A stretch of 64,000 nucleotides of DNA from a virus (Duplodnaviria; Caudoviricetes): positions 32,001-96,000 of the IMG/VR virus record IMGVR_UViG_3300035208_005087. One strand, 5' to 3'. Position numbers and translations under genes: made by a program. This document shows positions 19,130 to 27,961 of this stretch, one piece after another. The notes beneath the pieces are model-generated. The model had not been told where the DNA came from and did not search any database. It saw nothing but the letters and a program-made list of their open reading frames with translations. Numbering within the stretch: the first letter of the stretch is position 1; the number at the start of each line of letters is the position of its first letter.

Positions 19130-20512
19130 CTATGCCCCCTTAGCTTTCCCTGCGTAGCTTCTGCTTAGGCTAGGGTTGTATTCCATGTGTATATGTTCTG
19201 TGTCCTTTCCTCTAGGATGCCAGTACACCCATATCTCCCCTTCCGTTACCTGAGCTATTTGACGTACTATTATCTCCCGAAGATAATAAGGATATACCTG
19301 GTTTATTCGGATGTCTATAGCCAAGCCTTCATAATGTTTGGACCCTTGGACGTGTTCGCTGTCTAATGCGCTGGTTAGCACAGGAGGAAACCATCCACTA
19401 GTATCCTGCCCCGCTGCTTGAGCTATTTCGGCAGCCTCCTGAAACGCCCCATATACATTAGGGATCACTGAAGATATTTCTGTACGCAACCCACCGTAAT
19501 TAACTGTGCTATCTTTTATTCGGAGTTTACCCTCCTTTATAAAACCCTCAATGTAGCCCCCTACGGACCCAAGGGTAGCTCCGCTGTAACCTCTTCCCGG
19601 GACTTTTTCAATCTTAGCTAGAAGCTCCTTGTCTATCCCCAAAGTGTAGACAAAAGATGTGCCTTGTTTCCCTATACGTATCCCTGTATTGTTATTCGTA
19701 TCGGAATGCATGTGCCCTGTTATTCTATCCCCTTTCAATCCCGAGATAATAAACTCAAAAGAGTAATTAAATTTAAAGGGACTCTCAGCACTACTCTCTA
19801 ATGTAAAAGCCTGAAAAGACCCTAGGTACCCCGTACCATCGTATGTCACCAGGACATTATCCATTACATGCACTACTCTGTTCTTATCCACCCCTGTCAG
19901 AAGGTTTAGGTGGGAGGGTGTCACCCTTCTTTGGGAGGATGCGGGGTTTTCTCCACTACTAGTGATTTCCTTTTCCTCCACCGGTGCCGTAGTGTCCCCC
20001 TTTTGCTCTTGCTTAGGGTCGGTGCTAGAGGGCGCCTTAGGGCTCACCGTGTAATAACCGTTATGCCTTATCATGGCCAGGAAAGACATTAGGTTAGCAA
20101 AAGCCAATGTGTCCTTCCTAGCATTAATAGGGGTCGTACCAGCTAACCCTCCCTTTGCAGTGAAAAAAGCAGCGGAAGACCCGTTGCCCGTTATAGTACC
20201 CTGAGCAGGCCCCCATAACGTCACTATGTGGGAGTCTCTACCATATGAGCTGCTTTGCATCTGAGTAGAACCGAAATTTACATCCGAGGGGTTTATTAAT
20301 AACCTCAAGGTGCCACCGACTATATTCCCGTCCCCATCTTGCATCGCAATTTGAAAGGGTAACACCCCCTTACTCGTTGTTATTTTCGTCGCGGAGGAGA
20401 CATTGTTAGGCACTCCGTTTACTGACGGACTAAAGGACCCTTGCAACCCCTCTAATTGAGGATTGTTTGCTAGCCACTTAGCTACTAATTTATCTACGTT
20501 CACGTCCGCCAT
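19130..20512 (-). CDS. Tube-initiator-like baseplate protein fused to a C-terminal peptidase M15 (Hedgehog/DD-peptidase, LAS) domain
   Basis: N-terminal LLINPSDV...WG...YLGSFQAFTLESSAESPFKFNYSFEF; C-terminal zinc motifs SKHYEGLAID and HIH. Confidence 0.75.
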   Translation of the reverse strand: MADVNVDKLVAKWLANNPQLEGLQGSFSPSVNGVPNNVSSATKITTSKGVLPFQIAMQDGDGNIVGGTLRLLINPSDVNFGSTQMQSSSYGRDSHIVTLWGPAQGTITGNGSSAAFFTAKGGLAGTTPINARKDTLAFANLMSFLAMIRHNGYYTVSPKAPSSTDPKQEQKGDTTAPVEEKEITSSGENPASSQRRVTPSHLNLLTGVDKNRVVHVMDNVLVTYDGTGYLGSFQAFTLESSAESPFKFNYSFEFIISGLKGDRITGHMHSDTNNNTGIRIGKQGTSFVYTLGIDKELLAKIEKVPGRGYSGATLGSVGGYIEGFIKEGKLRIKDSTVNYGGLRTEISSVIPNVYGAFQEAAEIAQAAGQDTSGWFPPVLTSALDSEHVQGSKHYEGLAIDIRINQVYPYYLREIIVRQIAQVTEGEIWVYWHPRGKDTEHIHMEYNPSLSRSYAGKAKGA

Positions 20513-21721
20513 CTATAGCCACCTTGTGTACTCTGACTTAAAAGATACATTATAATTCAAGGCATAAGGAGAAGATGCATCCTCTGTTACATCAAAGGAC
20601 TCAAAGAACCCGATAAATTCCGCGAAGTCACATCTTATTCGTATGTAGAGCCGTTGCTTTATGAAACCTACCCTTGGGTGCCTCCTTACAATCTGTGGCT
20701 GGGAGGGGTTTGCGTAATTAAAAAACTCCCTAGGTACCTCATTCTTATCATCTATTCTTTCCTGCTGGTAAACAGCTCCATTCATCTTGTATATATTAAC
20801 AAGATGTTGCAGTTCCTTAAAAGGTTCTGTCATACCCCTGCTTTCTACACAGAGACCTCCCCCTACCCTTTCCCCCTCTCCTGGGAACCTTATAAAAGCA
20901 AAGGTGCTTCCATTGAAGTTGACCATATCCATCTCATCACCCCAGTGCTCCTCTACCCACCTCGTTAGGGTTTGAGTCCTACTGATGATTTTAGACCCGT
21001 TTATGACTAGGGAGGCTGGAGACATGTTTAGTTTTAAGGAACTGATCTTAACCCCTTCTGGCCCCTCTATGTCTACTCTTTCCGGACGCCCCATAACACC
21101 CGTAGGGGCTACCATTTCTACTAGGAAATAATCCCCCTCTGGTCTTCTTCGTGCCATGCTGTCCGCCTTGTACCATGTAAGAGGGGTTTCAGAGGGAGTG
21201 TCACCCTCGTCCTCGGAGGCTTCGCTGGTATCGTTTAAATCTCTTACAATACCCTCTTGTATATTGTTGGAGGGGCTGAATGTGGCGATGATGAACTCTT
21301 GATCCTTTACAGGGATGGCCCTAACTAGAGCATTGAAGTCTTCTTTAAACAGATACGCAGGGGTTTCATTAAGAATGTCCTGTAAAGCTGTTTGATAGTA
21401 TTCAGGGTACCAAGGGGACTCAATTGCTATACCCCCCTCGACAAATCTACCATTATCTATTTCCGGTAACTCTAGCATCTGAGTGCCATACACATAAGGT
21501 ACTCCCTCACCTCTCCCTGTTACGTACATTTCTAAGCCCTGCGCATCTACTCCAAGGTCAGATAAACCCGACAGCGTTCTCACATCGAATACAAGTCTGC
21601 GGAGGTATGTCTCATATGTCCTGTAGTTAAAACCCGGAACTCTTTCCTTTAGGTAATCATTTACCACATCAAAGGGATAGAGAGGGTTGTCTGGGGTTAC
21701 TTGTTGTGTACGATAACCCAT
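20513..21721 (-). CDS. Tube-initiator-like (gp48/gp54-type) baseplate protein (402 aa)
   Basis: LNMSPASL...HWGDEMD...FIGFFESFDVTEDASSPYALNYNVSF; paralogous to the downstream gene; follows the tape measure. Confidence 0.7.
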   Translation of the reverse strand: MGYRTQQVTPDNPLYPFDVVNDYLKERVPGFNYRTYETYLRRLVFDVRTLSGLSDLGVDAQGLEMYVTGRGEGVPYVYGTQMLELPEIDNGRFVEGGIAIESPWYPEYYQTALQDILNETPAYLFKEDFNALVRAIPVKDQEFIIATFSPSNNIQEGIVRDLNDTSEASEDEGDTPSETPLTWYKADSMARRRPEGDYFLVEMVAPTGVMGRPERVDIEGPEGVKISSLKLNMSPASLVINGSKIISRTQTLTRWVEEHWGDEMDMVNFNGSTFAFIRFPGEGERVGGGLCVESRGMTEPFKELQHLVNIYKMNGAVYQQERIDDKNEVPREFFNYANPSQPQIVRRHPRVGFIKQRLYIRIRCDFAEFIGFFESFDVTEDASSPYALNYNVSFKSEYTRWL

Positions 21722-24633
21722 TAGTGCGTACCCTCCCTACTATTCTTACCTTCTAGTGTGGCTTTAGACTTGACGGTACTGCTCCCATTAGAATTTATCG
21801 TGGAGTCTATTTTAACATCTAACTTCTGTTGAGCGGAAGACCCAACAGGACCCCTTGATATTATTTCCTTCAGCTTACTTAGCTCCTCCTGTTTTGTAAA
21901 GAGCAGCTCTTGCCTACCTTGTTGTATGCCCGTCTGTTGATCCGCTCTTAGAGAGCCTCCTTCCAGTATCTCATTGGTATGCTTGGTTTCCTCCCCAACC
22001 TTAGTGAAAAGAGCTTTCTCCACCTTTCCCCCTAGAAGTTTATTGAAGTTTTCTAAGGCTTTCTTGTCACTCCCCTTGTCCCAGTTTCCGAGCATTAGTG
22101 ACCCCGTGATATCCTCTTTGGTCTCCTCACCCAAGGAACTCCCCTCTACCATCTTTACATATTTATCCCGTATGTTATATATCTCATCCCTGGTTACGCC
22201 CTCCTTGGTCTTTGCCTTGTCAGTAAGGTCTGTAAGCTCCTTTCTTAAGGCCCCTGCGTCTTTAAGATCTTTTGTGGTGCCTCTCATCTCTTCTAAATGC
22301 TCTTGGACAGGATCCCCTCCAAAAAATTCTTTTGTTAATACACCTAGGATGTCCGTTACGCCCGTTCGGATTGCTGCAGAAATACCCACCATCGTTTGCA
22401 TGGCTTTACTGTCCGATAAACTATAAACTATAGAGTCCTTGGCTATTTGTGTCATCTTCTCAAGGGGCGTTAATGCCTCTATCATTTTATCTTGACCCTC
22501 GACGGTGAGCTCCTCTCCTTCGAAACCCCTTCCAGCTTTAGCGGACTGTCCGATAACCTTCTCTGCAAAAAGGTCTATGCTGCCTAAGCCTCCTTTTTTC
22601 CCTTCCTGTATATTTTTTATCGCGGAAGAAAGACGGTCTCCCACGGCTACCGCATCTGTTTTTAGCAGCCCTGCTAAATCCTCGGAGTCCACCCCGTAGT
22701 AAGCTAAGTCTTCCCTTGCCTTCTGTATTTCCTCTTCGGTGGCTTTTGATCCTTTCTGCAAGATTTCTGCTATGTCTTGTAAGTAGCCCAACTGTTCCTG
22801 TTTTTCTTCCCCTTCTTCTAGTCCCTGTACCTCTGCCAAAGCCCTGTTCATTTGGTCAAACGGTTCTTTTGCTTTGGACGCTACAGACAGCAATGCCCTA
22901 TTCATTTGATCCATCATCTCATTCGAGATACCTAACCCTGTATAATCTTGGTATAACCCACTACCTTTTGTAGTCGCATCCAGTAGGCTCCCTTGCCCCC
23001 CTGTTAACATCCGTAACGTTTCTAGAAGCATTTCTGGGGAATCCTCCGCTCCCTTTATCTTTAACATCTGAGCCATGCCCGATGCTTGGTCGGTGATACC
23101 CGCTAATTTTTCTAATTGTAGTATATTAACTTGATACCTATCCCTCTCTTCCTCGGTAGTAGCTCCTTTTAACTTTTCTTTCTGTGAGGCCAGCATCTGC
23201 CCTCTAAAGTCTTCGTAGTTTACCCCTTTATTCAGCATCTGAGACCCTAGTGTGACCCCTTGGATATGAGACATATTTGCTGTCCAAGAAGCCATATCCG
23301 CCCCTAACTTCGCACCCCCTTCCTGTGTCATGCCCGCATTTTTGCTCATCTTCTTCACAGCGTTGGCCGCCTCCCCCGTAAAGTTACCATATGTAGCCAT
23401 TGCCATGGTAGACTGCAAAACATACTGATAAAATTTATTTGTCTCTATTCCCGCTACTTTTGCCCCTTTGGCTACCTCTAGCATACCCTCTTGTACAGTC
23501 TGTAACCCTGAACGCATTTCCTGAGACTGTTCCGCAAATATTTCTCCGGTGATATCCATAGTCATCCCTAGGGTAAGGCTAGACCTGCGAACTGTTTCCA
23601 TAACATCGCCCATGTAACCCAACTTACTCCCAGTCGCCTCCAAGGTCATACCTGCATTAGCCATACTGCTGAACATGGCATTCCACTCATTATGGTCCAC
23701 CCCTAGTGAAACATTCCTAGCAATGTCCCGTATCTCTACATTATATTCCTTGGATAACCGGGAAAATTCTCCCCCCGCGAACTGTGCTCCTGCTATCTTT
23801 TGATAGTCCGCACGGGCTCCTTTCACTAAGCGGTCAGCAGAGTTTACCATGTCATTCAACTTGCTTAACCCCGCTACGACCCCCGATACAACTGGTACTA
23901 GTTTACTGGCTCCAGCTATAAGTGCCCCAGCCCCTTTCATAGCCCCACCCATCTTCACTTTACCCGCATCTTGGAGAAGGCCTCCCTTCTGCTTCAGCAT
24001 CTCCCCTTGGACACGCCAACCTTTGCCTGTACCATCCTGCCACCCCTCTTTAATATCAGAGAGACCAGCCTTCGACGCTTTCATCTTTGCTAAAAGACCT
24101 TTACCTACCACCCTGTCATCTATTTTATCTATCTCCGCAGCAATTTCTTTGACCCTTTTCGCAGTATCCTTTTTGTCCTTTTCTGAAAACAACGATATGG
24201 GGTTAATATCCCCTCCGTTCCGTTGTATCACATTGATGGCCTTAGTGGCCTCCGCCGCCTGCCTCTCGAACTCGTTTACCACCTTACGACTAGTCACAGA
24301 AATTAAACCCTGTAACTCTTTAAAGGTCTCGGGTATCTCCTCTAGCTGGTCTTCCCAGGATCTCTGTAAGTCTCGGACTTCTTTTTTTAACTTTCTTGTG
24401 GTGCTTAATTGTTCTTTAAGATCTTTTGTTAAAGACTCTTCGACCCCGTAGAGGTCCTCCGTCCTGCCTACCCTTTCCTCTTCCTCGCTATTAATAGCCT
24501 TTAGCAAATCCTTCTGCTGTAAAAGGGTCCGAACATCTTTTTCCCGTACCCCCGATGCTTTACTTAACTTCTCAACGGTTTTGTCAAGTTCCTCGTTGGT
24601 TCTCTTAATGTTCTCAGGATTTAACTCAGCCAC
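21721..24633 (-). CDS. Tape measure protein (970 aa)
   Basis: Long alpha-helical Ala/Gly/Met-rich protein in the canonical position after tube and chaperones. Confidence 0.8.
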   Translation of the reverse strand: MAELNPENIKRTNEELDKTVEKLSKASGVREKDVRTLLQQKDLLKAINSEEEERVGRTEDLYGVEESLTKDLKEQLSTTRKLKKEVRDLQRSWEDQLEEIPETFKELQGLISVTSRKVVNEFERQAAEATKAINVIQRNGGDINPISLFSEKDKKDTAKRVKEIAAEIDKIDDRVVGKGLLAKMKASKAGLSDIKEGWQDGTGKGWRVQGEMLKQKGGLLQDAGKVKMGGAMKGAGALIAGASKLVPVVSGVVAGLSKLNDMVNSADRLVKGARADYQKIAGAQFAGGEFSRLSKEYNVEIRDIARNVSLGVDHNEWNAMFSSMANAGMTLEATGSKLGYMGDVMETVRRSSLTLGMTMDITGEIFAEQSQEMRSGLQTVQEGMLEVAKGAKVAGIETNKFYQYVLQSTMAMATYGNFTGEAANAVKKMSKNAGMTQEGGAKLGADMASWTANMSHIQGVTLGSQMLNKGVNYEDFRGQMLASQKEKLKGATTEEERDRYQVNILQLEKLAGITDQASGMAQMLKIKGAEDSPEMLLETLRMLTGGQGSLLDATTKGSGLYQDYTGLGISNEMMDQMNRALLSVASKAKEPFDQMNRALAEVQGLEEGEEKQEQLGYLQDIAEILQKGSKATEEEIQKAREDLAYYGVDSEDLAGLLKTDAVAVGDRLSSAIKNIQEGKKGGLGSIDLFAEKVIGQSAKAGRGFEGEELTVEGQDKMIEALTPLEKMTQIAKDSIVYSLSDSKAMQTMVGISAAIRTGVTDILGVLTKEFFGGDPVQEHLEEMRGTTKDLKDAGALRKELTDLTDKAKTKEGVTRDEIYNIRDKYVKMVEGSSLGEETKEDITGSLMLGNWDKGSDKKALENFNKLLGGKVEKALFTKVGEETKHTNEILEGGSLRADQQTGIQQGRQELLFTKQEELSKLKEIISRGPVGSSAQQKLDVKIDSTINSNGSSTVKSKATLEGKNSREGTH

Positions 24634-24648
24634 CTTTGTCTCCTTAAC

Positions 24649-25704
24649 CTACCCGCGAGGTCTTAATACTCTCTTTCCCACATTAGAAGCCTTCCCTTCT
24701 TCCGAGGGAGAAGTCTCAAATCTCTTTGCTGCTAAAGAGTAAAGGTCCGTCTCACCCTTCTCCAAGGATTCCAGCTCTTCTTTTGTCAAATCAAAACTTC
24801 CTGAGAAATTAGGACTTTCTACACGACGGGCCCTTATCTCGGCAAGCTCCTCTTCTTCTTTTCTCTTTCTCTCTAGCATGTCTTTTCTTAACTTACCTAA
24901 GTACTCGTCCATAAAAAGATCATGCTTATCTTTTTTCCCAGTCATCTGCCTGTTTAACTCCTCCACCAAATCCTTTGTAGTGGATAAGCTAGCTGCCCAA
25001 GTGTCCTTCTTCTCTGTAGAGTTCCCCTCTATTAAGTCTTTATGCGCTAGGCTCCCAAACTCCACTAGGATGGCGCGCTCTTCCTCCCGCATCTTTTTGC
25101 GGGACTCTACTTTTTGTTGAGTTTTCTGAACACCCTTGGGGTTCGTTGCAGATGCAACATACATAGCGTCCGACAGGTTCTCCTCATATGCCTCTTCCTC
25201 ATCCAAGGACATATTAGTTAATGCCCACGCATCCACATATTCACTTACACCTACATAGGAGGCTCCCCATATACCGGTGCTTTCATCCGTAATATCAGCT
25301 TTTCTCCCCTTCAATCTCCACAGTATCCTAGACCTTTGGGATAAAACAAAACCGTCTATGAGACGGTAATACCTCTTATACCTGTGCTGCAACTTTATTG
25401 CCACCTCTTCTATGTGGGTGAGCATCTCTAAAGGTAGGGCCTTATACATAGCCACTATCTCCTCTAGACGCTTCGTCCTCTCCCCTAGTATGGACACCCC
25501 TTTGACCATGTAGGTGGCATAGGCCAATCTGTATAATCTAAAGTCCCAGAGGGTCTTACCGAAAGAATGCTGTCGCACTAAGGACATCTCTAAAGGAGAC
25601 AAAGTCTTAACAATAAAAGGAGTACCCTCCACAGATACACCAGCTATGTCAAAGCCCCTCTCGATGACCCCCTCGATTACCCGATAGGCCGCACCTACAT
25701 CCAT
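24649..25704 (-). CDS. Putative tail assembly chaperone 2 (351 aa)
   Basis: Position between tube and tape measure; charged helical protein. Confidence 0.55.
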   Translation of the reverse strand: MDVGAAYRVIEGVIERGFDIAGVSVEGTPFIVKTLSPLEMSLVRQHSFGKTLWDFRLYRLAYATYMVKGVSILGERTKRLEEIVAMYKALPLEMLTHIEEVAIKLQHRYKRYYRLIDGFVLSQRSRILWRLKGRKADITDESTGIWGASYVGVSEYVDAWALTNMSLDEEEAYEENLSDAMYVASATNPKGVQKTQQKVESRKKMREEERAILVEFGSLAHKDLIEGNSTEKKDTWAASLSTTKDLVEELNRQMTGKKDKHDLFMDEYLGKLRKDMLERKRKEEEELAEIRARRVESPNFSGSFDLTKEELESLEKGETDLYSLAAKRFETSPSEEGKASNVGKRVLRPRG

Positions 25705-25712
25705 AGCCCTAC

Positions 25713-26285
25713 CTAACTTTCTTTAGGAGTGGTAAAGGACCCCTCCTCGGCATGCTCCGGAGTCTCCTGCACCTTTTCTAGTACTTTCTTTCGGCGCTCT
25801 TTCTCTAAGGTTTCCATTGCTTTGAGCTCCTCTTCTTCTTCCTTCTCTTTAGCTAAGAGATCTTCCCCGAACCACTCATAGGTCACAGAATCTCGTACAG
25901 TTTCCCGGAAACGTCTTTTAAGGTCAGTCGCAAGAGTGTATAATACATCCAAAATGCTTCTAGGCCATGTGACTATATCTTCCATGAGATACACAACCTT
26001 TTCGTACTCGGTGCCATCCTCTCCCTTAATAATATCTGGGATAACTTCCCCGTCTATAGCATAAAGCATAGACGCAACAGTCCTAGCCCGTATGTTTTGT
26101 AGGGCGCTAAAGACTTCAGACGTGTCTTGTTTGTCTTGTGCTTTGGTAGAGTACTCTGCTATAATGTACTCGTCTTTTGTGCTAGAAGGGGTGAAGGTAT
26201 ATTTGGTACCAAAAACCTCTGCGTCGATTATATTCTTTTTGGCCTTTAGATTTTCTTGAATCAAAGCCAGATACTTGCTACCCAT
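25713..26285 (-). CDS. Putative tail assembly chaperone 1 (190 aa)
   Basis: Position directly after the tube; acidic; AGGAG SD. Confidence 0.55.
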   Translation of the reverse strand: MGSKYLALIQENLKAKKNIIDAEVFGTKYTFTPSSTKDEYIIAEYSTKAQDKQDTSEVFSALQNIRARTVASMLYAIDGEVIPDIIKGEDGTEYEKVVYLMEDIVTWPRSILDVLYTLATDLKRRFRETVRDSVTYEWFGEDLLAKEKEEEEELKAMETLEKERRKKVLEKVQETPEHAEEGSFTTPKES

Positions 26286-26437
26286 GTTTTATCTCCTATG
26301 CTTATGTTTCTTTGCAACTACGATAATAGCGATAGGACGGTAGCCTAAATGTATGTTCTGTTTGTTATATACATGACTCCTGTTTTCCTGGAGTCTATAG
26401 CGCTTACACGCCTTATCTTATTTCGTATTTTTTATTT

Positions 26438-26471
26438 AAAATAAACCCCTCCAAGATCGTTCTCGGAGGGG
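26438..26471 (-). terminator. Intrinsic terminator after tail tube gene
   Basis: Minus strand CCCCTCCGAGA-ACGA-TCTTGGAGGGG followed by TTTATTTT. Confidence 0.75.
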
Positions 26472-26491
26472 GCTACCTTTCTATCTCCGTC

Positions 26492-27172
26492 TTACCCGCC
26501 AATGGCTGGTTCGGAAAACCTTACTGAAGTAAGCTTGTTACCTGTGTCGATAACTTCGTCAGTGATAACCTGGTTAGTGCCGTCATACACATCTGAAACC
26601 ATCATAGAGCAGTTTTCTTGCACTAAAGCTGAGTCAGAGGAGTAGCTGGTGCTCCAATCTTGAAACCAACAACCTTCCATAAAGGTTACTAACGCACTTA
26701 ATTCACTAACACCAGTTGCCTCACTAGTAATCAAATCAGACGACATGTGGTCTGAAACTACTTCAGAGAAAACTGTTTCTTTTTTAATATCAAAAGGCCA
26801 ACGGTGGTGCTTCAACGACCGTACAAGACCAGCAACCCCACCCTTGTACCCAAACACTTGATAAATGTTTGAGAGGTATTGAGCTGTTCTGGTGATGCTA
26901 ATAGTCATTGGCTCCGTAAGGCCTGGGATTACTTCTGCGATTTGGTCGCCATAGCCTATACCTCGTATAGGTTCCATAGACCGTGATTCGCTTGGGTCGT
27001 AAGACGCGATTACCCCTACCTGTACAAGACCCTCAGAAGCAGAGCTATCCGCATCATCACCAATTACAGTGGGCCGTGCAAAAATCTTGGTCTTAGAAGA
27101 TATTTCCGAAACCGTATTAGGGGATACACCCTTTCGAACTACATAGGTGTCCTGTTCACTAGATAAAGCCAT
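26492..27172 (-). CDS. Tail tube protein (226 aa)
   Basis: Beta-rich protein downstream of the sheath; PIRGIGYGDQIAEVIPG, FMEGCWFQDWSTSY...VQENCSMMVSDV; followed by a strong terminator. Confidence 0.8.
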   Translation of the reverse strand: MALSSEQDTYVVRKGVSPNTVSEISSKTKIFARPTVIGDDADSSASEGLVQVGVIASYDPSESRSMEPIRGIGYGDQIAEVIPGLTEPMTISITRTAQYLSNIYQVFGYKGGVAGLVRSLKHHRWPFDIKKETVFSEVVSDHMSSDLITSEATGVSELSALVTFMEGCWFQDWSTSYSSDSALVQENCSMMVSDVYDGTNQVITDEVIDTGNKLTSVRFSEPAIGG

Positions 27173-27200
27173 CTGTCTTTCCCTCGCTTAAAAAATGTAC

Positions 27201-27938
27201 TTACTCAAAAAGACTGCTTAGCTCGTCTTTGTCAGACGCCTCTAAAGCGATCCCATCAATTCCTGTATCAAAAGACATTTCCACGCCGGCCACCTTAATG
27301 GTACCCCCAGAAGTGCTCTTCTGGCTGGCTGTTTTTACCACAGGGGCATCACTCTTTGCTACCATATCAGAATCCAAAGATTCCGCTTGATTAGGAGTTT
27401 GCTCGGGGGTTAATTTAGCGCCTGTCGCTTTTTCTACATCTTTCGTATCTGTGCCCTTGTTATGACTACCATCGGGAGTTTGTTCCTTTGGTAGAGCTGC
27501 AGCAGCTACCGCATCGGGACGACTTGCATCCAAACTAGCTTCCTTCTCCTGCGTGTCTTTCTTAGCCTTGTCGTCACAAGCAGCTTCTTTGCTTTCTTCT
27601 TCTTTCTTTTCAGAAGCGTACATAGAGGCTAGTTTTTGACGAACACTGTCAGCTGCTTTTTCTGACCAGAAAAAGGGCTTCTTTTCCCATTGGCTTTTTT
27701 CCTTGGACACTTCCTGGTAAGGGTGTTCAAAAGGAATAGAGGTATCCCCTTCCACAATGGCTTTTTCTTCAAACATCTTTTTAAGACCTTCAGGATCCAA
27801 AAAAGCTGCTAATTTTTCTTGGGGCATATTCTCTAAAGCATATGCAGCAGTAGCCAGATCTGAGGCCATTTCCTCGCTACCTGTCACCACCTCAGAGGCT
27901 TTTTTTAGAATGCTCGCTAATTGTTTACTGTACTGCAT
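27201..27938 (-). CDS. Acidic low-complexity protein between sheath and tube, possible internal virion protein (~245 aa)
   Basis: Start moved to the ATG at 27938 (MQYSK) after AGGAG; many K-x-A-[ASG] motifs. Confidence 0.65.
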   Translation of the reverse strand: MQYSKQLASILKKASEVVTGSEEMASDLATAAYALENMPQEKLAAFLDPEGLKKMFEEKAIVEGDTSIPFEHPYQEVSKEKSQWEKKPFFWSEKAADSVRQKLASMYASEKKEEESKEAACDDKAKKDTQEKEASLDASRPDAVAAAALPKEQTPDGSHNKGTDTKDVEKATGAKLTPEQTPNQAESLDSDMVAKSDAPVVKTASQKSTSGGTIKVAGVEMSFDTGIDGIALEASDKDELSSLFE

Positions 27939-27961
27939 TATGATTCTCCTTTTGTCCAATA

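Noticed and set aside
24649-26285. Programmed frameshift between tail chaperone genes (lambda G/GT type)
   Set aside because: The genes do not overlap, the second has its own ATG and G-rich SD, and no convincing slippery site was noticed.
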